Positions 12,505 through 24,112 of a DNA stretch of 64,000 nucleotides are shown piece by piece (positions within the stretch are counted from its first letter, which is position 1; each line of letters begins with the position of its first letter). The translations under genes were made by a program, and so were the position numbers. The notes below the pieces were generated by a model that was not told the origin of the DNA, searched no databases, and saw only the letters and a list, made by a program, of their open reading frames with translations. The stretch covers positions 1,734,280 to 1,798,279 of the forward strand of contig NW_002060956.1 of assembly GCF_000150275.1 (NCBI RefSeq), given 5' to 3'. The DNA is from Trichoplax adhaerens. Lineage: Eukaryota; Animalia; Placozoa.

Positions 12505-13735
12505 GAGACAGTGTTATATACTGTATTAGAGTAGAAATATCTACCTTAGGATAATTTTGTTAGCCTATCCTTATTTAGTTAGCTTCTAATTAGGATATAC
12601 TGTGTTTTAATATAGTATTGGCTTTATGTGAAAGTGACATATATACATTGTGACGGAGTATAGACTCCATCAATTAATTGTGGCATTAGCCTTGGTAAAT
12701 AGTAATTAAGATTTTATTAATTGGCAATAACATTTATTTATTAGCTATGGGGTAATTATAACATTATTAGTAGTCTAATTACACTTGTTGTAGACTCTGT
12801 GCAGAACAATGTGTTTACAGAAGTAATAAGTAATGTTCACACCATAGTAATCTCTGTTACTTTGTGCTGAGCCTTTGGTTGTTAATTGGCTCTTAATTAG
12901 TTCATAACTCATTAGTGTTGTTTACGCCGTTTGTCATACTAAACCATATAGGCAAACGGCTATACAAAAGCTGTATGTTTTAGAGTTGTTTACCTAAGCT
13001 GTGCACCGAGTGCAACCGAGCTAGGGTATATAAAGCCCAGCTCCCTCACTAGCAGTTCAGTTGTCGGTTGACCGTGGGGTCAGAGTAGTCTTGGATGGCA
13101 AGACTACCTTCGCTCAATAAAACTATTTTAAAAGTCTAAGACTAGTCTACGCTTAGCCCGTTGGGGCATACTTGGCTGTTGTAGCCCTAGCATTCATACA
13201 ACTTCAAAGGCCCAGGTCTCCCTGTCGTGGGCTGACTACGACATACATATACTGAAATTAATGGTTATATTAGGGAATGCGAATTATCTACTTACAGTTC
13301 GAATCATTGTCATTATAACTTACTTATGGTAGATGGTAAATTATCATGGAAATGCTCCGTGGTGGGAAATGTCGTAATTTGACTATTCTGTATTAGTCAT
13401 CAAATGTCTATGTTCGTAAATACTGTTGTCTGCATGGTGGAGCAGTAGCTAAAATTAATATCTAATTCAGTGAATGATTCCAAAGTTAATCGTACTAACT
13501 ATGACTCATGAACTATTGAGGAAGAGTATATAAACGCAATATATCGTGTAATAAAGTTAATTCTTAAACTTAGTGTTTAACGTAAAATACAAGGCGTCTA
13601 AGTCTTTGTGTAGTCTGCTAGTAGAGCAAAAGTGTTCCTGATAATGCAGATATCGTTCCTTGATACGTGGCTCAAGGAATTGACTTATTGATTGGACATT
13701 ACGTTATCATTTTACAAAGCTGTTTTGTAACAAGT
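12505..13735 (+). repeat. Duplicated non-coding block, copy 2, interrupted by a solo LTR
   Basis: Aligns to ~3045-3620 once 12649-13243 and one TACAT are removed. Confidence 0.85.
12649..13243 (+). mobile_element. Solo LTR of an LTR retrotransposon (595 bp)
   Basis: Starts TGT and ends ACA; 5-bp TSD TACAT (12644-12648 and 13244-13248); absent from the paralogous block near 3185; TATATAAA at 13027-13034 and AATAAA at 13116-13121. Confidence 0.85.
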
Positions 13736-16700
13736 AGTTTTTAAATCATTAATTGAATTTCTGTTTATTATAACGGCATTGAGTTACTTATTTCACAAGG
13801 TTTTGTACGTTCTTCTAACTGAAACTGCTGCGTAATATTTACACAACTCTTCTAAATGACTATCACAAAGAACTTCCTTTCTTTTGATTGTATTTTTGTT
13901 ACGTGGATAAGTTTATTTAATAATTATTGCAGCTGCAAATATTTGGAAAATTGTTGTTGCAAAATATTTAATAAATTTACTATTTCTAAATATCTTTAGG
14001 CTGATATAAAGAGATATTGTATTTAGATAGAAGTAATCAAGGTGAGTTATTAGTTTAGGATTAGTTAAAGTCTACTATTGCTTGGTTTCCAATTTTCTCG
14101 TACTTGATAACTGGTTAAAATTTCATTTTCATTAAGAATTTACCATAACATTAAAATTTAGTCATATAATTAATCCCTACTAAAATTTTTAATTTTCTAC
14201 CGCAATTTACTACACAGTTAATCATATTTTATAATTCACTAATGATCTGTCATAGTTTGAGATTTTAAATGCCTTGACTTTGGATAGCAAAGATTTTATT
14301 TGGATGTAAACTTACTATAAAATCTGATCTTATTTCTATAAAGCTTTCGTAAATAATAAAGTCTATAGATGCTTAGGATAAAATTTTAGCGTTAAAAAAT
14401 TATTTTAAAAGCATTACAATTTTTCGTATCATTAGTATATTTTATAATCAGGAGTTCGAATTCTCAACCATGCGATAATTTAGAAATGGCAGGTTATATC
14501 TGTTAAGATAAACCTGACAGCATTAGTATATCATACCAAATGCGTTTGTTTATTTATCATCTTTGGAGTGAAATACTTTGTAATCAATCTTCGTTTATTC
14601 TACAACTACAATACCATAGTAATCAAATTTATTACAGGATGATAAAATGAAAAGTACCCTTGGTAATAATGTACAGCCGTGGTTTATCCTCGTATGCTTA
14701 AGTAACATTTCGATACTATGTGCATATCTAAAAATTTTTAGTAATTTTACTTTTGTTTATTATCTAAACTTCATCGAATACAGAAAATTTGAAGTAAAAT
14801 AGAATTAGCATAGTTGTTGACATCTTAGGAGTTTATTTTATTATAAAATTTAAAATTTCCTATTGAACCTAACAATTTTACTATCTACGAAATACGACTA
14901 AATTAATGCTAAAGGATAAAAGGAGCTTATTAAAGATTCTAAACGCAATTTATGACAATTTTATTGTTTGGCCCTATAATAATTTATAACTATTTCGGTA
15001 GTGATAATTAAAAGATGTAGATTTAAAATAAGAGCTACGTGTGAGTTAGTAACTGCTGACCGTTAGGCAATATAAAGGCTAGAGAAGAAAGTTTATGACT
15101 AAGGGATAAAGTAGGGTTTTTAGTCACGGCCACAAACACCAAATATAAATATTATAGTAGTACATACAAACCTCAACCCGTCTCATCATCAGCCTTGGTC
15201 TCATATATACTTTAATGCTGCTTAGTCTACTAAAGCCCTATTTCAAAATTATTTTAATAAGTTATTTCACGAATGATCTGATTTTTTAGAATAGATTATA
15301 TTTAGACGGAAAGACACTATTTAATTTTTAATTAATTGCGTAAACTAATGTAGCTAATTACTGTAGTTCACTCACAATATATTGGAAAAATGATATAAAA
15401 TGAAATTATTACACGTTATAGAATAATTACTCGCTTGCTGTAAACTTTCAATTAGTATCACCTAATGTTCAAATAGAAAACTATTTTATATAGCTGTTAC
15501 TTTTTTTTGTACGCAATGCAGAGCACAATAGTCATCTGGCTATTTTAAAGGTAATGGTAGATCATATTTTATAAGTATTCGGCTATAAAATAGATTAATC
15601 GCTACAGATTTTAGTGAGAAGATTTTTCGTCTGCGGTATTGTAACCTAGAATAACAAAAACGAGTATTTAATTCATACCAAATCACAATCATGTGAGAGC
15701 CATGCTGTATTTCTGGTGTGGCTTAAATGATGTCTTCACATCAAGTTATAATGATATTCTTAGCATTGAAGCAAATATACTAGCGTTGTATGATCCTGTC
15801 AAAGAGTTTTCTGAAAACTAAGCATTAGGAATGATGGGATTAGCGAAGTGAATCTAACTTCCATTTGTTCCACTCTTGAATTTATTACCGATTGCTAAAC
15901 TGTTGAAGGGTTCTAATTACAGCCAATAATTGCCATCTCTATATAAAGAGTCTTAGTATTATACATATGTGAACACATATATTTTTAAACAAGCTAGCCT
16001 ATTATTAAAATAATCCTAAAACTCTTGGCTATTGATAAAAACTTGGATAGCTATAAATATGGCTGGCATTATTTGGATTATAATTTATGGAGAATAGACC
16101 ATTTTAAAGTTTTAAATAGCATACAGATGCCCTAGTTGCCTAATAAACACAGATTTACTTATAGTCAATTTGCTAACTTTAGTGGTATACAGAAAATTGT
16201 ACCACAGAATAGTTCTAAGCTCTTGTAATTAGTTACTAGACTTTAAAGTAACAATTAATTAAAAAAGTAGTTGCTGCTCGAAAGTGTCGTAGAGAAATAA
16301 AGAAATACTGTTGCAGCAATAAAGAAAGGTAGAAGTTTTGCAAGACTTGGATATTACGGCTAATCTTAAGTTTTTAAATTTTGTAATCAATTTGATTGCT
16401 TATGATAGGAATTCTACTCTTTTTTATGTTAATGCTCTTATTATTAAATTATATTGCTGTTTGGTAAAGCTACATTTGTCGTATGCTTTGTGTATATTTT
16501 CGATAATTTCAGAATGAAACATACATCGTACATTGGTATTTTCCTACCCGATTTTCTTTCGGTTTAAAGTACAGTGGTATTTTTTATTAAAGTAGACCAA
16601 TACTTATTTACTACAATTGAATTAAACATATAAAAATGATTAGAGAACTGATATTATGACTCGTTACAGAATGTTCTTTTCATATTTATGAAAGATGAAA

Positions 16701-16929
16701 CATCGAGATAAAATTGTTCTTCGTAAGCAATGCGGGACAATAAATAAATTCTAGGGATATTGATTATAAAAATTCAGTGATAAATTCGAGTTTCTTTTAT
16801 TCAATTTGATTTTCATACAATGCCACTCCTTGAGGCATTTTAGAGGATAGTATTCCTTAAATGGTAGTAGTTCTTTAATAAATAATTTACATTGTATCTA
16901 GACTGCGAACTAATATTTTTGTAGAAAGT

Positions 16930-17640
16930 CTCAAAATCAATCTCGCTGTTTTTTCATTCTGGTCACAAACAGTTTAATTCGAGGTAATGACGTTAATTAA
17001 TTAAATTATTTTATTAATCATCTTTTGTTTTCGCCTAATTACGTGTAATAATGAGTAAATACACTACCATACATGACGAGAAATTACTAAATCTATAGTA
17101 TGCAAATCTATATGATTGTAAATTATGCTTATTACGGATATTGCTTAAGAAGTATTCTTAAAATCAAGAATGTGTTAATCGTAAACTTCAATTCTTGATA
17201 GATTATTAATAAAATAATTAAATCTGTATAAGATCTGAATGGCTATGGCATTTTCGTACTATAGCACACAAATTGAAAATTTCCGTAAAATTAAAGTCAT
17301 GCAAATGTCTTAACCTGACTCATAATATCAAAAATAGCATCATCTTTAGTATTTTATGTGATATCCATTTTGTTTGCTATACGCGTTTATTGTCATCTTC
17401 ATTCTTTGATACTGCATATCCTGTGGGCGGAAGATCAAAATCGAATCAATCATTAATATATATTAATAATTGTATAATTGCCAACCAAAGTGGATATTGC
17501 TTTCAATGTATTGGTGTTTACTTGTCTTCGTCATAAATTAGATGCATTTTAGTAGTTTATGACCCAATGATCAATTAGATTTTGTATTAACAAATCGTAA
17601 TTGTAGCAATAGCATTGCTACTCAATATTCATATAAGATT
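16930..17640 (+). pseudogene. Possible heavily eroded GPCR copy
   Basis: tcaatctcgctgt (NLAV, 16939) versus tcaatctagctgt in GPCR1; LYAFIV (17377); RSKSNQSLIYINNCIIAN (17432). Spacing is roughly like GPCR1, with several frameshifts and stops. Confidence 0.3.
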
Positions 17641-20093
17641 TCCTTTCGCTTGAGAAATAATCTAGTGATATGATGGTATAGCGTACTTATCATTCTCAAA
17701 CCTTGATCTATCAGATCCTGTCTTAGATTTGAGTAGCGGGAAAAGATTCATGATATGAGTTTGTTCATGTTATAGCGGAAATGTTACGTGAAATATAAAT
17801 AATGTTAAGGCATGCTGTTCTTGCCAGCTCAATATAATCAAAATAAAAAGCAATTTTGAATAAATCGAAAATTTTAAATAGTATCTAGTATTTATAAGTC
17901 TATATGCAGTGTGTCTTAATATTCAATTAGTGAAACAATTTCTATTTAATGGTAGATGAATAACCTTGTCATTATGACTAATATTAGCATATAATGCAAC
18001 AAGATTTCATAAATTGGAAGTTCTATGCTAATTATTTCTTTGTAGAGAAAATCTATAGCAAATTGTTCAAGATTAAATGTTCAATTTTTATTCATCTTCA
18101 TTAGAAAAAAATGCATTAATTGAATGTTAATTACTTGTCTAGACGACAAGGATTTCGAGGTGATTTATATTAAAAAGCATACTAGTACTTTGAAAGGTAG
18201 TTTTTTTCAAGGTAATGAATATTGAATTATAAGAAGAATAAGAATTTTAGGATTACAATTAGTTTACCTTATGACAAGCCCTATCAGTACTTATTTCAAA
18301 TTGAAGAGCATAATATTATAAGACAAGCGGATATTAAATTACATAAAATTGTGAACTTCAATTGAGAGTTTTTACTTATTATTGCTACATCAAAATTTGA
18401 ATTTGTCGAATACTCAATATTAATATATCAAGCTGAATTGGACTGATCTTCAATTTTGTATTACTTTAATAATAGAAGCTAGACGTAAGTATAGCAGCTA
18501 ACTAACGGTATAATTTACTTCGTAAATGTAATTATTAATACTCTTATTACTATTTTCTTTTATGATATGAGTTTTACCTGGACTACAATAATGATTTATG
18601 TACATGATCGAATGTCTCGGAGTAGGTTGATATGAACTTCACTTTCTTTCTGATTTTACTGTATTCGTCATCAAATACAGAAGCGCTGGGCGAACTACTA
18701 TTCATTCTCTTAGAATCTTTCTCTGTAGATAATTGCATAACCTTACGGTATGACATACAAAACTTATTTATTTGGCGCTCCTACTATAAGGCAAAACAAA
18801 TTGCTTTTAAAATTTATTGCAGTATATGCGCATAATTTAGTTCGAAGAGAATCATTAATGCTAATAGAAAATGCTAATTTTGAAGTAAAATCTTATAGCA
18901 ACCGAGAGTAAACATTTAAAGAAAATTATTAGTATTTGTTTTGTCATTGTTCCTGGGTATAGTGTGTCGTATATGTCAGTCATAGTTGAAATTATGATTA
19001 GAAGAGGCAATTTCGAGAAATTGGAACCTCACCCTAAGTTAACACTTATAATTTAAAAGGTATTAGTATTAAACGGAAAGCATTTTATAAATTGTATGTA
19101 GAAATTCTCAGTGTTGTTACGTAGAAAGAACTGGCTTTAAAATGGTTATCGATTAATTAAGGCTAAAAGATTATCAATTCTATACTGGTCTCCTAGATTA
19201 GTAACCATCATATAATATACAATGTTGCTTCTAAGTTTGAAATTGTAATTTATTCCAACCATGAAACTATTCGAATGAGAAATTTTAATTTATAATTAAG
19301 ATTTGGAGGGATTATTTAAAATACTTCAGATTGTCACAATTGGCCTAGAGTGATATAGGGAGGAAGCTACTCCATGTAGATTTTCTTTTAATCATAGATA
19401 GTCAGTAAAAATGAGTGATCGGTTTTAAGATTTCGCTTGATAAATTGAATTTTCTGGGCAGTCTCGCGGTCTAAGAATTGGTTAAGAAATAAATTATGTA
19501 GTGCTATGATTAGATATAAAAGCGTTTCCAGTCTTCGTTAGTTATTGTGATGCTAGAAAGGAAAGTCTGTAATAGAAGAAATAGAGAGTCTACTGCTTGA
19601 TATTCTCTATTTATTTTCTTATTAATACTCTTTGCGACTCGATATTCGCTTTCGTTTCTATAATAGAACGCTATATCAATCAATCTTTTGCTCTTTAGTC
19701 ACCCTGAATAAAATAAAAATTGCGTAAAAATTGATTTTTATTTTGTTTAATCAATTGAAAATGAAAGTTATTTTCTTATCGTGAAGTATATTACTTCAAC
19801 ATTTGGTTTTCATTGTATTAGTAGCAGATGGGCAAATGACCCAAGTGTACTTTCGTCGTATTTTGCTTTTAATACATCAATAGTTCGTAATATCGTTCGC
19901 AATTTTCATATTAAGTTTTATCCAAGCTTTAATATGATGTGGTATATATTCGTGCATACGTTGCATGCTAGATTAGTCATTTGTGATTTAACTTTATTGG
20001 ACATTAATCGCAATGATACATCCTACTAAGATTAGTTCTCGTTTATTCAATAGCTAGTTCACAAAATATCAAACCTGTATATCTGATGGGATC

Positions 20094-21218
20094 ATGGCAA
20101 ATGCGGAGGATATCGCTTATTATACACGAGTATTGCAAAATAATAATGGAGTGCGTATTGTAACATGGATGTTTGGAATTATTGCCATTCCATCGAATTT
20201 GATCATCATTCTATGGATAGCATATAATTACTGTCAAAATGGCTTGCTTCATCGGTATTTCAGACATCGTAACAGCTTTAACTTAAATCCTTCTTTCGCA
20301 TTTTTGCTATTTAACTTAGCGGTATCGGATCTCCTTGGCGGAAGCTACCTTCTAATCTTAGCTATCAGCGACGCTACATATACTATATCGCAAAATTTCA
20401 GTAATATTAGCTATTTACGAATTCATCCTTCTGTTGATACTTGGATTATTAGTCCAACCTGTTCCGTAGAAAGATTCTTAGCTCAAACATCCCTTATTAT
20501 TTCTATTTTAATAACCTTTGTTATAACCCTTGACCGCTATTTAGCCGTTTTTTATTCAGCATCAACTCGGTATCGAATTTCAGTATTTCAAGCACAAGTC
20601 ACATTGGCTGTATTCTGGACTATTGGAATAATCCTTGCCATATTAGGCGCAGTTGATAGCTATAGCATTTCTTTAAAGAAACCCGGCCATTATAGTATTC
20701 TTGGACACTTATGTCAATTAGAAGGATCGAGCACATTTATCATTAATGCTCTAACATACCTCGATATGACTGTCGGTATTGGAGTCAATATTGTGATTGC
20801 TATACTTTATATCGCTATATTAATCCGATTAAAAAGACATCGACAAAGCATACAGCGACGTAAATCACCTATTGAACGTCATATTCAAGTTATAACTGCA
20901 TGGATTATTATTACTAGCGTAGTAACGTGGATACCGGTTATCGTGTGGGTAATTATTCAACGCGCTATGACTCCAGTAGAATTTGATGATCGAGAAAATT
21001 TCCTCTTGCCGATACTTGTCATCATGTTGTATTCTAATACGGCGCTTAATCCGCTTATTCCTGTCATCATTAAAATACTAGTTACTTCACGGCTGCATAA
21101 TTTATTTACCTCAAGAACTGACGTTACACCTAGCCAGTCAAGGGATAAAATGAACGTTGTTGTTATAACTACTACAATTATTCCCAAAGTTATTGCGTCG
21201 GACTCGGCCAATGTCTGA
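20094..21218 (+). CDS. Rhodopsin-class GPCR, LGR/RXFP-like 7TM domain, paralog of 5880-6941 (374 aa)
   Basis: FNLAVSDLLGGSYL, WIISPTC, DRY, SILGHLCQLE, TWIPV and NTALNPLIP align motif by motif with GPCR1. Confidence 0.93.
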   Translation: MANAEDIAYYTRVLQNNNGVRIVTWMFGIIAIPSNLIIILWIAYNYCQNGLLHRYFRHRNSFNLNPSFAFLLFNLAVSDLLGGSYLLILAISDATYTISQNFSNISYLRIHPSVDTWIISPTCSVERFLAQTSLIISILITFVITLDRYLAVFYSASTRYRISVFQAQVTLAVFWTIGIILAILGAVDSYSISLKKPGHYSILGHLCQLEGSSTFIINALTYLDMTVGIGVNIVIAILYIAILIRLKRHRQSIQRRKSPIERHIQVITAWIIITSVVTWIPVIVWVIIQRAMTPVEFDDRENFLLPILVIMLYSNTALNPLIPVIIKILVTSRLHNLFTSRTDVTPSQSRDKMNVVVITTTIIPKVIASDSANV

Positions 21219-22529
21219 AAAATACAATACATTTCCATTACTTATTAACTGTCTAAATAAATTGAAAAACATCGATTTTTTTATATCATAACAATTATTA
21301 GAATTTATTTTTGCTTTATTGCATTAGTGGGCTAAATTACTTTCTAAATTATCTATTCTCTAGTGATTGATGGTTGTTACGGTAATAGATTAACCGATAT
21401 CTTATTATGAAAGAACCAGAAGAAAAAATTACTTACAGTATTTCTCGCAGAGTCAAATTGACGAGGTAGCGTAATAGTTTTATTAGTCTATAATATCACA
21501 AAAAGCTGTATTCACACAAATTTTGTCCAGTGATTGGAGTTATCCATCAAATTAATCAGTAATACTTTATCACGGTCATTAAGATGTAGTAAATAGCTCT
21601 ATAATTACAGTATTTGACTACTCTTGGTGGCTGTACAGAAATCAAGATAATGGTTACTGGATTGATGCTCTCTATTACATATTTCATTAAAGTTAAATAT
21701 CAAACTTCTCTCTACGTAAAGAGCTTCAAGACCGGCAAACTAGATAATGATGACGTAAAATCATTGCTATTTTTGACAGATTATGAAAATCACCTATTCC
21801 AATAGGACCAAATTTTACGTGAAAATAGCTATTATTGCAAATTTGGCTAAATAAAAACAACGATTCTCAACATTAGCATTATGAAGATGGCAAATTAAAC
21901 GACAAAAATTTGTCCAAGTATCACTAATTCTTCCTGATTTACTAAACATATCTACAAGTATATGCTGAGTCGTCATTCGGGAATTGCTACCAATTTTCTC
22001 AGCGATAATAATCATCAGATCAATTAGCTATAGCTTCCGTAGTTTGACTACCAGGAAAGCAATCCACTTAGCAACAGCTTGGCAATCGTCTCAGTCATTG
22101 GGACATAATTACTGTTACCTAGCTATAGAAACGATTCATTCTATTTTTATAATGTATTCACGACAAGCTTGAAGACAGTTGTTTTGCTATCTAATTATTT
22201 GATTCAACAACAAAAATATCGCCGCAAGCATTAAAATTATAGATTCAGTAAACAACAATTAATATCGCTTTACTTCATTATTGGAGCCACGAAGATCAAT
22301 TTGTGAATTTCTTTACGAAAATATTAATAACGACAGTGTGGCAAACCACATATGGCTCCTAAAATAGTATTACTACAACTATCTACTCCCCTTAGCATTC
22401 ACATTTTTAATTTATTCTACTCTTATAATAACCCATCGTTTTTGCTTTCGATTTACAAATGCGGTAACAAGAGCAAGGATAGTATTTAATTGTTTGGCGT
22501 AGGATAGGCAGTCGAATTTAGTTGGTGAG

Positions 22530-23400
22530 ATAGTTTAGATCCTAGAGTTAATGAAATTAATTATCACTTAAACGTCATCAACTTTGCAAGATAGGCGAAA
22601 ATAATGGCTGATCTGACTAACAGCATCAATCACATTTAATTTCTTTAGTAGTTTTTTTAAAGTGTTGTGCAAAAGTGAGCTTCTACATATATTCCATACA
22701 AGAGGAACCCCACATGAAACAGTATCATACCGTGAATATAATCAATCGATTATTATAGCTGATTCAAATATACGAGCATATAAAGCGGTAAGAATAGTTA
22801 ATAAGCCAACTGATAATTATTGCCAAACGTAGATGTAATAACTAATGGAATCAATATTCATTTGATTGATAAATAAATTCACTATGTTCACATAAATTTT
22901 TGAATAATATAACCATAGCTAAGAGGATTATAAGAATTATCTAGATTAGGCTCCGTTCTTTTCCATCCTTACTGTCATTCAAATGTAGTGATTAATATTA
23001 TGAAATAAAGTTAATTCCATTACCATATTTGTCATTCTGCGATTCAAAGAGTTATTGGTGATAATCTGTGTTAATTCGATAAGGGTGGTATTGTAATTTT
23101 TTAGTAAAATTATGTAACCATTTATGCGACGCACTTTCGAATAGAAAGTTACTTGAAATAGTGGATCGACCTCAACAAAAATAATTTCTGCATGTGTATG
23201 TTTAACCATCATAAGTATGAATGTCAATTCCAAAACATGAATCAGCAATACTGGTAGGAGGTCTTTTTTACAGTATAACCAATTCTCTTCATGCATATAT
23301 TCAGCTTTACAATAGCCGAGGAAGAGCTGTAACACTGCGTCAATACTTATATTATGCACTAAACGCAGGAACTATAATTATACAGAAGTGCCGCCAAACA
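22530..23400 (-). pseudogene. Eroded near-full-length LGR-like GPCR pseudogene
   Basis: Minus strand, across frameshifts: CLAALLYN (TM1, ~23400), SIADSCFGI (TM2, 23252), KWLHNFT (ECL1 Trp, 23120), SLI*IILIILLAMV (TM4, TAG at the Trp position, 22943), ILTALYARIF (TM5), CFMWVPLVW (TM6, ~22712), FINSRI (TM7, ~22555). ECL1-Trp to TM4-Trp spacing is 177 nt versus 174 nt in GPCR2. Confidence 0.65.
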
Positions 23401-24112
23401 GATTAAAAATGTCATTTAAGATGTTGTAATTCAAGAAATGAATGACTAAGCATCTTTAATTAAATACCCACATCAAGATCAATAATCAATGAATAATTGA
23501 AACAAATTAGTCCACTACTAAAGCTATTGCAGTAATAAGTTGATCAAGGTAAAGAGAATAATTATTCAAGCAGACAAAAATCAAATCTTATTTCGAAATT
23601 ATTAATTCGATATAAATCAAAGGTTAGCATATTTAAAGTATTCATACTTTAGGAATGTATGATTTCTACGGTTGACTGTAATATACGGATTAATAATTAT
23701 ATTCGATTTTCATAAACTTAGAATATTGATAATCGTGAAACATGTTCATTACCTATGTTATCATCAAGTCTTTAGCTATAGCTATGGTACTCGTATATCA
23801 GGCAACATATGAATATCATCAGTCAAGTTCAAGAAGAAACCTAGTTCTATACGATTAAATGAAATACATGTAAAGATATACAGGAATTTGACTATTCCGG
23901 TAGTTATGTTCTAAACTGCAAAATTTTTCTTCCATAGTTATATACATTATTGGATTACAGGTTCTGCCCAGTTACATTCTTTCCCAAATTTATCTCAGCT
24001 AGGATGATAACGCTGATTATATTTAATGATACAACGTAATTATTAGACAAAATTATAGTTTGTCATTATGTTAAAACATATAATAAACTGTGAATATCCG
24101 AATTTCATCATA

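Noticed and set aside
21860-22110. Plus-strand peptide VSLILPDLL...SFRSLTTRKAIHLATAW resembling GPCR TM2-TM4
   Set aside because: The spacing is too short, with no TM3 Cys or DRY; could be chance in AT-rich DNA.
22979-23359. 126-aa minus-strand ORF as a real gene
   Set aside because: Better explained as a by-product of the eroded GPCR pseudogene it overlaps.
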